64,000 bases of DNA from an uncultured Gammaproteobacteria bacterium (GCA_964592785.1 CAZQHU010000002.1:12680-76679), one strand, 5' to 3'; shown: positions 50,364 through 61,861, numbered from the stretch's first letter. Made by a program: numbers and translations. The notes: generated from the sequence alone by a model not told the origin.

Positions 50364-50801
50364 TTATTCTTTAATATTAATCTTCTTATATTTCTTCCCT
50401 ACTCTCACTCGATTCATTTCACGATCAATCACTGCTTGCAACTTGGCATAATCCACATTTTCTTGTCCTTTAACTTTGGCCATTTCTTCTTCAGCACGCC
50501 TTCTCGCTTCTTCAGCGCGGTCAATATCAATTATCTCCGCACGTTCAGCATTATCAGCAAGAATAACTATTTCATTGTTGGCACGAACCTCCAAAAAACC
50601 ACCAGAAACAGCGATGATATGCTCACCTTCTTTATCTACAATTTTAAGTTCACCAGCTTGTAAAATTGAAACAAGTGGCGAATGATGCGGTAAAACAGTA
50701 ATTTCACCAGTAGTTGTTGGAATGGAAACTTGAAGAACATCGTCTTCATAAACAACTTTTTCTGGTGTAGCGATTTTGAAGTGGATTGTTGACACTGACA
50801 T
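50364..50801 (-). CDS. atpC: F1 ATP synthase epsilon subunit
   Basis: N-terminal beta-sandwich and a C-terminal helical hairpin; it is the last gene of the atp operon. Confidence 0.85.
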   Translation of the reverse strand: MSVSTIHFKIATPEKVVYEDDVLQVSIPTTTGEITVLPHHSPLVSILQAGELKIVDKEGEHIIAVSGGFLEVRANNEIVILADNAERAEIIDIDRAEEARRRAEEEMAKVKGQENVDYAKLQAVIDREMNRVRVGKKYKKINIKE

Positions 50802-50906
50802 AAACGTCTGTCATCCTGAATTTATTTCAGGATCTTTCTTAAAATAATATTTACTTAATTGATAATATGACGGAAAGATGCTGAAACAAGTTCAGCATGA
50901 CAATTC

Positions 50907-52295
<1,389 letters not shown>

Positions 52296-52454
52296 TCATT
52301 CCGAGCGAAGCGAGGAATCCCTTTACAAGTCTCGAACACTCGATTTATATTATTAATTTTTTAGTAAAATTATTTAATAAATTATTATATAAAGCATCTT
52401 TTAAACCCTTGAAAAGGGATCCCTCACCCCTATCGGGGATTCGGGATGATATTA

Positions 52455-53432
52455 CTACTCCAACGCTGCCGCTCCACCAGCAATTTCTGCAATTTCTTGT
52501 GTAATACCAGCCTGGCGTGCTTTATTAAAGGTTAAAGTTAATTCTTTAATCATGTCTGAAGCAGCATCAGATGCATTCCTCATAGCCATCATCCGAGCAG
52601 AATGCTCCGAAGCAGCAGATTCAAGAGCTGCTTGGTAAACTTGTGTTTCCACCAAACGGGGTAAAATTATTTCCAAAACATTATCTTGGGTTGGTTCAAA
52701 AATATAATTATCCAATTCTATTTCTGCTTCTTCAACATTTAAATCTTTTATTTTTTTCTTCATTTCTGTAACATCCTCTCCCAATTCACCGATCATTTTT
52801 TCCAAATCTATTTGTGAAATAGGTAAAACTTGTCGTAATTTAGCTACTTGATTTACAGTTGACTTAAAATCTGTGTAAGCAACAACTACTTTATCATAAG
52901 TTTTCTTCTGGTATTCATCTATCACTAACCGGGAAATAGGCAGAATATCATTCAACTTCGGTGTATCAGACATTTCGGAAAAACTGGCAATGAGATTATA
53001 GCCCATTTTTTTGGCAAAATCAGCGCCTTTTTTCCCTACTCCAACCACATCAACTTGAATATTTTCTGAAGGTTCTATAAAACCATCCTGCACTCTCTGA
53101 CGGCTGATATTCTTAGGATCTGCCAATTGAGCAGCAGTTTTTTTGATAATATTGGCATTGAAACTGCCACACAACCCACGATTGGAAGTAATAAGAATAA
53201 CTAATAATTTTTTAACAGGACGAACTTCTAACAATGAAAATTGTTCTTTTTGTACTTTGGATAATTTTACGAGCAAATCCCAAGCCAGCGTCGCATAAGT
53301 GCGCGTATTAACAGCAGCTTCGGTCGCTTTCCGCATCTTGACTGCTGAAATCATTTCCATGGCGCGAGTAATCTTCTTGGTCGAGCCGACAGATTTGATT
53401 CTTCTTTTAATTGCCTTGGTATTTACGGGCAT
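52455..53432 (-). CDS. atpG: F1 ATP synthase gamma subunit
   Basis: ITKAMEMISAVKMRKA N-terminus and the conserved C-terminal helix. Confidence 0.92.
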   Translation of the reverse strand: MPVNTKAIKRRIKSVGSTKKITRAMEMISAVKMRKATEAAVNTRTYATLAWDLLVKLSKVQKEQFSLLEVRPVKKLLVILITSNRGLCGSFNANIIKKTAAQLADPKNISRQRVQDGFIEPSENIQVDVVGVGKKGADFAKKMGYNLIASFSEMSDTPKLNDILPISRLVIDEYQKKTYDKVVVAYTDFKSTVNQVAKLRQVLPISQIDLEKMIGELGEDVTEMKKKIKDLNVEEAEIELDNYIFEPTQDNVLEIILPRLVETQVYQAALESAASEHSARMMAMRNASDAASDMIKELTLTFNKARQAGITQEIAEIAGGAAALE

Positions 53433-53683
53433 ACAGGTTCATTCCGAGCGAAGCGAGGAATCTTTCTTACCTCGTACTCTCTTAGAAAATAAATTATTGA
53501 TTATAAAATTCTAATTTTTTATTCATACTTTCAGTTTCTTGTGTATGAACAATAAATATTATTACATAGTACGTCAATAAAATCATTCCTACTAATATCA
53601 TAGCCAATAAAATTGGATTACCTTTCTTCATATTATATCTTAAGAAAGATTCCTCACTCGACTTGAGCCGAGATTCGGAATGA

Positions 53684-55171
53684 CTAACGCACAAACTCCC
53701 CACAAGCTTCTTTCAATTCGTTCTCCACGTTTTCATCCCATTCACCCTTAGCAAGCTTATCTAATAATGTTTTTTTGGTTTTGTGCATGAAATCAATAAA
53801 CTTCTTCTCAGCTTCTGAAACTTCTTTAACTCCAAATTTATTGAAATACTCATTGGATACAGCATAAATAACTGCTACTTGATCTTCTACCGCCATTGGA
53901 CTGTATTGAGGTTGTTTTAAAAGTTCTGTCATGCGCTGACCAAGATCAATTTGTTTCTTGGTTTCCGGATCAAGATCAGAAGATAACTGGGCAAAAGCTT
54001 CTAGTTCACGAAACTGGGCCATAGCCAATTTTAATTTACCGGCAACTTTTTTCATAGATTTGATTTGTGCTGAACCACCAACACGAGAAACTGAAATACC
54101 AACATTCAAAGCAGGACGAATACCACGATAGAACAAATCTGTTTCCAAGAAAATTTGGCCATCAGTAATGGAAATAACATTGGTTGGAATATAAGCAGTC
54201 ACGTCCCCTGCCTGAGTTTCAATGATTGGTAATGCTGTAATAGAACCACCGCCATATTTTTCATTAAGCTTGCAGGCACGTTCCAAAAGTCTTGAGTGTA
54301 AATAAAACACGTCTCCTGGATAAGCTTCACGCCCTGGCGGACGACGAAGTAAGAGGGATATTTCACGATAAGCCCAAGCTTGTTTGGTAAGATCATCATA
54401 AATAATGAGTACATCTTCGCCTTGATCAGCAAAATATTCTGCCATGGCTACCCCAGCATAAGGAGCAATAAAGGACATAGCAGCTGGATCAGAAGCGCCA
54501 GCCACAACTACTGTAGTGTATTCCATAGCGCCAGCTTCTTCTAGCTTGGCAACAATGCGAGCCACTTTGGATTCTTTTTGACCAACAGCCACATAAATAC
54601 ATTTCATGTTTTGGCCTTTTTGATTGATGATAGTGTCAACAGCAATAGCAGTTTTACCAGTTTGGCGGTCACCAATAATAAGTTCGCGCTGACCACGACC
54701 AATCGGAATCATAGCATCAATCGCTTTGATACCAGTTTGCACTGGTTCGTGCACGCCCTGGCGAGTCATGACGCCTGGAGCAATCTTTTCTACTGGATAA
54801 AATTTGTCAGCTTTTATTTCACCTTTGCCATCAATAGCTTGGCCAAGAGCATTCACTACACGCCCTACAACATTTTTTCCAACTGGAACTGACAAAATAC
54901 GACCGGTACGCTTTACACTATCACCTTCTTTAATACCTTTATAATCACCCAAAATAACCGCACCAACAGTTTCTTCTTCCAAGTTCAAAGCCACGCCAAA
55001 AACCCCACCAGTAAATTCCAACATTTCTTGGTATTGACAATTGGAAAGTCCGGTCATACGAGCAATACCATCGCCCACTTCAATGACTGTGCCGACTTCC
55101 TCAACTTCAACTGACTTTTCAAATTCGGCAATGTGTTTTTTTAATTCTTCAACGATCTGATTACTTGACAT
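53684..55171 (-). CDS. atpA: F1 ATP synthase alpha subunit
   Basis: [10 protein letters not shown]-loop. Confidence 0.97.
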   Translation of the reverse strand: MSSNQIVEELKKHIAEFEKSVEVEEVGTVIEVGDGIARMTGLSNCQYQEMLEFTGGVFGVALNLEEETVGAVILGDYKGIKEGDSVKRTGRILSVPVGKNVVGRVVNALGQAIDGKGEIKADKFYPVEKIAPGVMTRQGVHEPVQTGIKAIDAMIPIGRGQRELIIGDRQTGKTAIAVDTIINQKGQNMKCIYVAVGQKESKVARIVAKLEEAGAMEYTTVVVAGASDPAAMSFIAPYAGVAMAEYFADQGEDVLIIYDDLTKQAWAYREISLLLRRPPGREAYPGDVFYLHSRLLERACKLNEKYGGGSITALPIIETQAGDVTAYIPTNVISITDGQIFLETDLFYRGIRPALNVGISVSRVGGSAQIKSMKKVAGKLKLAMAQFRELEAFAQLSSDLDPETKKQIDLGQRMTELLKQPQYSPMAVEDQVAVIYAVSNEYFNKFGVKEVSEAEKKFIDFMHKTKKTLLDKLAKGEWDENVENELKEACGEFVR

Positions 55172-55264
55172 AAAAAATAAATTTAGTTGTTAATAATATT
55201 TTTTTAATATTTGTTTAGTATTTATAAAATATTAGCTAAATACTAGAAAAATACTAACCAAATA

Positions 55265-55657
55265 TTAATTAGATATTTTTTGATGTAGTTTTTTAAGTTG
55301 TTTCTTTATGCTCCCATCAAAAATCTTGTCTTCAGTTTTTATTTTCACTCCACCCAATAGAGCTAGATCAAGATCTTCAGTCATTTCGGTTTTACCTCCA
55401 AAAGCTTTATTAATTAAATCCAAAGTATGTTTCTCCAACTTTCGGGCCGAAGACACTGTCATCGTCACAATCCCCTCTTGTTTTTTATAATAAGAAACGT
55501 ATTCGGCTATAATTTTATCCGCTTTTTTCAATTTATTATTACGTACCAAAACTACAACAAACTGCTTCAAAGCTTGATGCAATTTCTCGCCTTTCAAATC
55601 TCTTGTCGCTTCATACAAGGCTTTGGCAAATTGTTTGTTCGAAATTTTACGACGCAT
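55265..55657 (-). CDS. atpH: F1 ATP synthase delta subunit (OSCP), short
   Basis: Position between atpF and atpA; 130 aa, helical N-domain. Confidence 0.7.
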   Translation of the reverse strand: MRRKISNKQFAKALYEATRDLKGEKLHQALKQFVVVLVRNNKLKKADKIIAEYVSYYKKQEGIVTMTVSSARKLEKHTLDLINKAFGGKTEMTEDLDLALLGGVKIKTEDKIFDGSIKKQLKKLHQKISN

Positions 55658-55664
55658 AAACTAA

Positions 55665-55745
55665 TATACAGATTGGAACACGGATCTAACGGATCAAACG
55701 GATTTGAACGGATTCGTTTTAATTCGTTAAATCCGTTCAATCCGT
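55665..55745. repeat. Array of AACGGAT heptamers (4 direct, then inverted copies) forming an imperfect palindrome in the atpF-atpH spacer
   Basis: aacacggatctaacggatcaaacggatttgaacggattcgttttaattcgttaaatccgttcaatccgtgtgc. Confidence 0.7.
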
Positions 55746-55748
55746 GTG

Positions 55749-56318
55749 CTATTTATCTAACTTTTTTAATGAATTTTGAATAAGTAAAATATCTTTCTTC
55801 TCATCCAACTTCTCTTCCAAAATTTTCTCTACAGCTGCTACCACCAAATTAGCAGTCTCAACTTTAATACCACGCATTACTTCTTCTTTTTCGTCTTTAA
55901 TTTTTCCTCTAGCTTGTTCTACTAAATTTTCAATTTCAGTCTTGGCCTTGGCTTTCATGTCAGCTGTCAAACGTTCTCCGTCGGCTCCAGCACGCTCCAA
56001 AATTTTATTATATTCTGCTTTGGCTTCTTCCATTTTTTCTTGAAACTTTTGATTACTCATCACTAAATTTGCTTCCACTTCTTTGGCTTTGTCTAGACTC
56101 TCATCAATTATCTTCTTGCGTTCTTCAAGTTTACTGGTCAAAGGTTTCAAAATAAGAAACCAAACAATCGCTGCCACAATAGCAAAATTGAGAAGTTGAA
56201 AAGCAAATAGTTGGCCGTTTAAACCAAGAGAAGCAGCAACACTCTCATTTCCGGCTGATTCAGTAGTGTGTTCTATGGTTGCCTCTTCAGAGGCATATGC
56301 AATATTAACTAAATTCAT
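55749..56318 (-). CDS. atpF: Fo ATP synthase b subunit
   Basis: N-terminal TM helix followed by a long charged helix. Confidence 0.85.
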   Translation of the reverse strand: MNLVNIAYASEEATIEHTTESAGNESVAASLGLNGQLFAFQLLNFAIVAAIVWFLILKPLTSKLEERKKIIDESLDKAKEVEANLVMSNQKFQEKMEEAKAEYNKILERAGADGERLTADMKAKAKTEIENLVEQARGKIKDEKEEVMRGIKVETANLVVAAVEKILEEKLDEKKDILLIQNSLKKLDK

Positions 56319-56375
56319 AATTTTTAATTTTAAATAATTTCATTCTACCGGACCAAATTGATCCGGTAAATAAAA

Positions 56376-56660
<285 letters not shown>

Positions 56661-56686
56661 TCACCGTTGATATTTAATTAATTATT

Positions 56687-57475
56687 TTAATGTTCCTCTG
56701 ACCCATGAGGTTCTGAACTTGCTACTGTTAAGTAAACAATTGTCAACATAGAAAATACTGCCGCCTGAATAAGACCAACTAATAATTCTAATAACATAAA
56801 TGGTGTTGGTACAAAAGCAGCCACTAGTGCAGAAATAACGGAAATAAGCACTTCACCAGCAAAAATATTACCGAAAAGACGGAGAGACAGGGATAAAATT
56901 TTAGCCACTTCCGAAGCAATTTCAATAATTCCAACCATAAATTCAATCAAAGCAGTAAAAATAGCAATCGGTCCTTTTTTAATACTCTTGACAATATTGC
57001 CAAGCTGAACAAACTTACCAAGATGAGTAAAAAAACCAATGGCAAAAAAAGCATAAACATGAGAAGCCAGCACAGATATCAAAGCCATAGCCAAAGTCAA
57101 ATTCAAATCAGTATTGGCCGGTCGTAAAACAAAAGTGTGCCCAAGAGTCAGACTGCCAGTACCTGGAAGGAGACCCAACCAATTTGATAATAAAATAAAA
57201 AAGAAGATAGATCCGACTATTGGTAAAAACTTTATAGTCTTTTTTCTATCTCCTGTCACTTGATCAAAATAACCTAAGATACTTTCTAAAAAATATTCAC
57301 AAACATTTTGTAATTTACTTGGTTTGAGACTCACTCTACGGCGCAAAGCAATCCCCAACCCCAAGAAAATCAAAATTGCAATCCAGGCATTCACCATAGT
57401 ATTGGTGATGCTAATACTACCAATATGAAACAAAACATCTGGTGCAAGGGTAGGAATGTGAATTTGTCCTGACAT
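56687..57475 (-). CDS. atpB: Fo ATP synthase a subunit
   Basis: Polytopic protein; conserved Arg in LSLSLRLFGNIFAGE. Confidence 0.92.
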   Translation of the reverse strand: MSGQIHIPTLAPDVLFHIGSISITNTMVNAWIAILIFLGLGIALRRRVSLKPSKLQNVCEYFLESILGYFDQVTGDRKKTIKFLPIVGSIFFFILLSNWLGLLPGTGSLTLGHTFVLRPANTDLNLTLAMALISVLASHVYAFFAIGFFTHLGKFVQLGNIVKSIKKGPIAIFTALIEFMVGIIEIASEVAKILSLSLRLFGNIFAGEVLISVISALVAAFVPTPFMLLELLVGLIQAAVFSMLTIVYLTVASSEPHGSEEH

Positions 57476-57477
57476 AA

Positions 57478-57753
57478 CTATTCTTTTTTGTCATTGCTTC
57501 CCTTTTCAATATTTTGATATTCTTTTCCGTAAGCTTTGGCTTTCTTATAAATCATCTTGCCAGAAAGTAATACTGCCAAGACAAAAGCCAAAACTGTAAA
57601 CCATGGACTCTTTTCATATTTGCCGTCCAACCACTGCCCAATAATAACAAAAATGATTATTGGCACCGCAATGGTTGCCCCAAAATCTCCGGCGATACGT
57701 AATCCCATTAACATATACTTCCGGTCGTTTGGATCAGACGGCAAAAGGCTCAT
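57478..57753 (-). CDS. atpZ: AtpZ/AtpI-family small membrane protein
   Basis: 91-aa two-TM protein immediately upstream of atpB. Confidence 0.6.
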   Translation of the reverse strand: MSLLPSDPNDRKYMLMGLRIAGDFGATIAVPIIIFVIIGQWLDGKYEKSPWFTVLAFVLAVLLSGKMIYKKAKAYGKEYQNIEKGSNDKKE

Positions 57754-57921
57754 ACACTAGTCTCGCCGTAGCTTGCTGAGTGGCAAGCGAAGGCAGATTG
57801 AAAAGAAAAAGCACTTTTTTAAAGTGCCGCTATTTTACCCTATTTCAAAACCCCCGTCAAGTGTATTTTTTAGTTAGAATGTGGATGAAAAACAACTCAA
57901 TTTTAATATCCACAATAAGAC

Positions 57922-57950
57922 TTGACAATTTTCAAAACTTTTGCTATATT
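57922..57950 (+). promoter_or_regulatory. Near-consensus sigma70 promoter driving GC-rich island 3
   Basis: TTGACA, a 17-nt spacer, then TATATT. Confidence 0.65.
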
Positions 57951-57970
57951 TAGCGGTCCAATCGGGGACC

Positions 57971-57985
57971 CCTCCTTGAAGGAGG
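57971..57985 (+). promoter_or_regulatory. Perfect hairpin CCTCC-TTGA-AGGAGG sequestering the SD of the island 3 ORF
   Basis: cctccttgaaggagg is a 6-bp perfect stem; AGGAGG is the SD, placed 6 nt before the ATG. Confidence 0.6.
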
Positions 57986-57991
57986 AACACC

Positions 57992-58291
57992 ATGCATTTT
58001 TCACTGTCCGTTCACAGCACCTCGTTCCTGATCATGGTCATCAGAAAGAGAGGGCGTAGGATTGCTGCGTTCGCAGGGCCAACTCGAGAAGACATCCTGA
58101 GACTGATGAATGGCATGGGCTACGACCCCCAGGAGATCTCCACCGCGCATGAGGCCACACCGCGACACCTGGAAATGATCGCGAAATACCAGGCGCGATC
58201 GTTCGCCGGCTTCATCATTGCGATGATGAAGAGTGGAAAATGCTCCGAAGAGTCCTACTACATCGGTGAACTCTACAAGCGCGCTGGCTGA
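57992..58291 (+). CDS. Small hypothetical protein (99 aa) in GC-rich island 3; paralog of the 12582-12854 protein
   Basis: Consensus promoter and AGGAGG SD; GC-rich; leader, start and peptide motifs shared with island 1. Confidence 0.55.
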   Translation: MHFSLSVHSTSFLIMVIRKRGRRIAAFAGPTREDILRLMNGMGYDPQEISTAHEATPRHLEMIAKYQARSFAGFIIAMMKSGKCSEESYYIGELYKRAG

Positions 58292-58443
58292 GCGAGTCTC
58301 AATCATCACGAATGCCTCCAGCATGCCCGGCACGCAACCACCCCACCAGTGCCGGCATCGTTCTTTCCCACCACTCCGGCACACCCCAGTTATTATCTCT
58401 AGAAGGTAATAAATGAAAAAAACCGGAGTGAGTGAAGAAAAAT

Positions 58444-58481
58444 AAAAACAACTTTAAATTTTAAGGTTGTTTTTTATTTTT
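58444..58481. terminator. Bidirectional intrinsic terminator (serves island 3 and tatD)
   Basis: aaaaacaac...ggttgttttttattttt. Confidence 0.7.
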
Positions 58482-58508
58482 CCTCCTTTCGCAAAGGGAG
58501 GAATTAAA

Positions 58509-59459
58509 TTATACTTTTATTTTATTGAAAAGTCGTAAAGCATTTTCCAAAGTAATTTTCTCCACTTCCTCAACAGATAAATGCCTAATCCCCGCAATTT
58601 TCTTCACCACTTCTTCCACCATCCAAGGTTCACATTTTTGCCCGCGATAAGCTTGAGGGGCCAGATATGGCGCATCGGTTTCCACCAAAATTCTATCCAA
58701 AGGACATTTTTCCACAACTTCCAATAAATCCAATGTTGGTTGAGGATCAGTTTTACGTGCAGGAAAAGTGATGACACCAGTGAAACCAATATAGAGTCCC
58801 AAAGTAAGGAATTTTTCTGCTTGTTGCCAATTACCGCCATAGCAGTGGACTACGCCCCAAGGTTCATTCCGAATCCCGCTCAAGCGGAGTGAGGAATCTT
58901 TCGAAGTAAGAACCTGTTGAATTACATTAGAATTGTGTACCCCAAAGTTATCTTCTCCGAAAGATTTCTCGCCTTTTAGTCTCGAAATGAGTGGAAACAT
59001 CTCATCGTAAGCATCGCGAATGTGAATAACAAGAGGTAAATTATGCTTTTGCGCAAAATTATATTGCTTAATAAAAATTTCTCTTTGTTTCTCTAAAACT
59101 TTTTCTTTATCTAACTCTTCCGGAAGATGAAAAAGTTCCAGCCCACACTCCCCTACTGCTATCACTTTTTTTGACTGTGCCAATTCATCATAAAATTTTT
59201 CATCAAAATCTTCTTCGTGCGATAAAAAACTGGATTCTTCCTCGTCTACTTGTTTGGCATGAAGGTGAATTGGATGAAGACCAATTGTCGCATAAATATT
59301 TTCATATTTTTCTGCCATTTCCACAGCTTTTTTACTGGTGTCCATTTGTGTACCAACAGCATTCATAACCACACCTTTCTGACGACAACGCGACAAGACG
59401 GCCTCGCGGTCGTCTTGATATCCTTGAAACTGAATATGACAATGAGTATCAATCATCAT
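58509..59459 (-). CDS. tatD: TatD-family metal-dependent hydrolase
   Basis: MMIDTHCHIQF and later His/Glu/Asp motifs; contains an in-frame repeat-element insertion at 58862-58898. Confidence 0.88.
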   Translation of the reverse strand: MMIDTHCHIQFQGYQDDREAVLSRCRQKGVVMNAVGTQMDTSKKAVEMAEKYENIYATIGLHPIHLHAKQVDEEESSFLSHEEDFDEKFYDELAQSKKVIAVGECGLELFHLPEELDKEKVLEKQREIFIKQYNFAQKHNLPLVIHIRDAYDEMFPLISRLKGEKSFGEDNFGVHNSNVIQQVLTSKDSSLRLSGIRNEPWGVVHCYGGNWQQAEKFLTLGLYIGFTGVITFPARKTDPQPTLDLLEVVEKCPLDRILVETDAPYLAPQAYRGQKCEPWMVEEVVKKIAGIRHLSVEEVEKITLENALRLFNKIKV

Positions 59460-60001
59460 AAATTATCTGCCAGTACATCTTCCATATAGTCAACTGAAGA
59501 TCTCAAAAGTTTCAAAGCTTCTGGTACAAAAGGTAATAATATCGCTGCAATAGATACTGTATAAGGTACGACTACTGAACCAGCCATCCAGCCCATAAAA
59601 CGCTCGGAAAGTGGTATTCTTTCAATAAAATAAAAAACTATCCCCAAACTAATAAGACCTTCCAAAAGTCCAAAAATTAAACCCAAAAAGCGATTGATAC
59701 CTCTAATGAAAGGCAAATAAGTAATAACATTGGTAGTCTTTTCTATTATCCAAAAAACAAAACCAACTAAACGGTTGATCACCACAAAAGCAATAATGAA
59801 CATGAGCACTTTGGAAAAATTGTCTCCCCAACCAGTAACTCCGATAAGCCAATCAGCCATCGGGCCATAGTAGCGAGTAGCCAAATAAACCCCAAATATT
59901 GTTCCCAAAAGAGAACCTAGAGTATGGATAAGTCCAAACCAAAACCCAAACATTCCAAAACCAGCAATGATAATGAGGAGAATGATGTCAAACAGGCCCA
60001 T
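59456..60001 (-). CDS. cvpA: CvpA-family membrane protein
   Basis: MGLFDIILLIIIAGFGMFGFWFGLIHTLGSLLGTIFGVYLA pattern. Confidence 0.8.
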   Translation of the reverse strand: MGLFDIILLIIIAGFGMFGFWFGLIHTLGSLLGTIFGVYLATRYYGPMADWLIGVTGWGDNFSKVLMFIIAFVVINRLVGFVFWIIEKTTNVITYLPFIRGINRFLGLIFGLLEGLISLGIVFYFIERIPLSERFMGWMAGSVVVPYTVSIAAILLPFVPEALKLLRSSVDYMEDVLADNL

Positions 60002-60094
60002 ATAGATTAATTTTAAAATTAAAATTTTTAATTTTTATTGACCCCTGCCGGACGGAAGCTTGGTTTTTTGCTTCCGTCCGGCAGATTCTGATCC

Positions 60095-60286
60095 TCACGA
60101 CATCTTTTCAACACTTTGTCCTCGAGTCAGCCACTGCCAACCCACAACGAAGTAGTAAGCAGTGTGTCTCCAGACAAGACCGGAAATGTACCAATACCGC
60201 TGCCTAACCGTAAGCGGCTTGGTATCCATCTTGACAACACCGACCCCCTTGCCCCACCATAGAGTCTTTTCCGCTGAAGTAGCCAT
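60095..60286 (-). CDS. Small Trp-rich hypothetical ORF (64 aa) in GC-rich island 4
   Basis: AGGGGG SD-like sequence 7 nt before the ATG (MATSAEKTLWWGKG...); GC-rich; a 16-bp perfect hairpin follows. May be a structured RNA rather than a protein. Confidence 0.3.
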   Translation of the reverse strand: MATSAEKTLWWGKGVGVVKMDTKPLTVRQRYWYISGLVWRHTAYYFVVGWQWLTRGQSVEKMS

Positions 60287-60297
60287 TGGCAAACCCC

Positions 60298-61830
60298 CTA
60301 TTTTTCGAGCCGTGGAAAAAGAATTTCCTTTGCGCCTATGAGAGATCCCCCCCTAAGCGCGCCCCATGTTACTACTTTATCACTTGTATTTAATTGATTC
60401 AATATCTTTTCCGCAGTCTCGGGAATAATCGGAAATAAAGCCACAGCAATATGACGCAAACCTTCAGCTAGCTGATATAACAAACCAGAAATGTCTTCAC
60501 CAGCTTTGGCTTTTTTCCAAGGTTCTTGTTCAGAAATGAAACCGTCTAATCCTGCAACAAACTTATTTATTAAATTAACAACTTCTTCAAATTTATATTC
60601 ACCTAAATATTTATTATACTCTGTCCAAAAACTTTCCACTTTCCACTTTCCACTTTCCACTTGAGGAATCTTTGATTCCGAATATTTTTCAACCATTGTT
60701 AAAATCCTACTAGTCAAATTCCCTACTCCATTTACAAGATGTGCGGTATAAAATTCTTCAAAACGAGTAATACTAAAATCACCATCATCATAAGCTGGCA
60801 TGCCTCCAAGCAAAAAATAACGTACTGCATCTGTACCATATTTTTCAACTACTTTATAAGGTTCCACTACATTACCAAGAGATTTACTCATCTTTTGTCC
60901 TTCAGAAGTAATAAATCCATGAATAAACACTTGTTTTGAGTTTGGTAAACCAGCTGACATGAGCATTGCTTGCCACATAGCAGTCTGCTGACGTAAATTG
61001 TCTTTACCAGCTACTTGTACTCCCGGCCAAAACTCTGTATATAAGTCGGGTTTACCCGCCGAAGCTTTAGCGTAGATGGGCTTGTCCGGCGTAGCCTTGG
61101 CGAAGCCGGGCCAACCGAGTGTGGAAATATAGTTTATCAAAGCATCAAACCAGACATACATTACTTGCGTTTCATCTCCTGGTACAGGAATACCCCAAGG
61201 CATTTTTTCAGCCAATCTAGAAATACTAAAATCTTCCAAACCTCGCTCAACAAAGTTTTTAATTTCTAGCTGTCTATTTTGAGGTATAACAAAATTTGAA
61301 TTTTTTTCGTATAATTTTAATAAAGGTTTTTGGTATTTAGAAAATTTAAAAAAATAATTTTCTTCTTCAATTAATTCCAATTCCAAATTGGGGTGAACTG
61401 GACATTTACCATCAACTAGCTCTGAATCCGTTTTTTCCAATTCACAACCTACACAATATTTAACACTATAATTCTTTTTATAAATATCACCATTTTTTTC
61501 ACATAATTTCCAAAATTCCTGAGCAGCTTCTATGTGATGTTTATCAGTGGTGCGAATAAAATTGGTATAACTTAAATTCAAAGCTTGCTTCAAAGAATCA
61601 AATTTAGCAGCATATTCATCACAATATTTTTGTGGGTCAATTCCCAACTCTGTGGCTTTGCGAAAAATCTTTAGGCCGTGTTCATCCGTACCAGTATTAA
61701 AAATTACTTCTTCACCCAATAATTTGTGATAACGAGCGAGAACATCAGCTTGAATAATTTCCAAAGCAAAACCGATGTGAGGTTCAGCGTTTACATATGG
61801 CAAGGTGGTTGTAATATAATAGTTTTTCAT
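60298..61830 (-). CDS. metG: Methionyl-tRNA synthetase
   Basis: TTTLPYVNAEPHIGFALE (HIGH), KMSKS, and a zinc-knuckle CxxC...CPVH. Carries a (ttccac)4 insertion and a 30-nt tandem duplication. Confidence 0.95.
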   Translation of the reverse strand: MKNYYITTTLPYVNAEPHIGFALEIIQADVLARYHKLLGEEVIFNTGTDEHGLKIFRKATELGIDPQKYCDEYAAKFDSLKQALNLSYTNFIRTTDKHHIEAAQEFWKLCEKNGDIYKKNYSVKYCVGCELEKTDSELVDGKCPVHPNLELELIEEENYFFKFSKYQKPLLKLYEKNSNFVIPQNRQLEIKNFVERGLEDFSISRLAEKMPWGIPVPGDETQVMYVWFDALINYISTLGWPGFAKATPDKPIYAKASAGKPDLYTEFWPGVQVAGKDNLRQQTAMWQAMLMSAGLPNSKQVFIHGFITSEGQKMSKSLGNVVEPYKVVEKYGTDAVRYFLLGGMPAYDDGDFSITRFEEFYTAHLVNGVGNLTSRILTMVEKYSESKIPQVESGKWKVESFWTEYNKYLGEYKFEEVVNLINKFVAGLDGFISEQEPWKKAKAGEDISGLLYQLAEGLRHIAVALFPIIPETAEKILNQLNTSDKVVTWGALRGGSLIGAKEILFPRLEK

Positions 61831-61833
61831 AAC

Positions 61834-61858
61834 TTAGTAAGTAGTAATTAGTAAATAG
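61834..61858. repeat. Left 25-bp perfect inverted repeat flanking the four-helix-bundle gene
   Basis: ttagtaagtagtaattagtaaatag; its exact reverse complement lies at 62244-62268. Confidence 0.85.
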
Positions 61859-61861
61859 AAA

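Noticed and set aside
53494-53703. ORF of 69 aa overlapping the atpA 3' end in the atpA-atpG spacer
   Set aside because: It overlaps atpA by 20 nt, and most of its length is made up by two copies of the hairpin repeat family; there is no SD. A shorter 45-aa TM peptide starting at 53631 cannot be excluded, but is unsupported.
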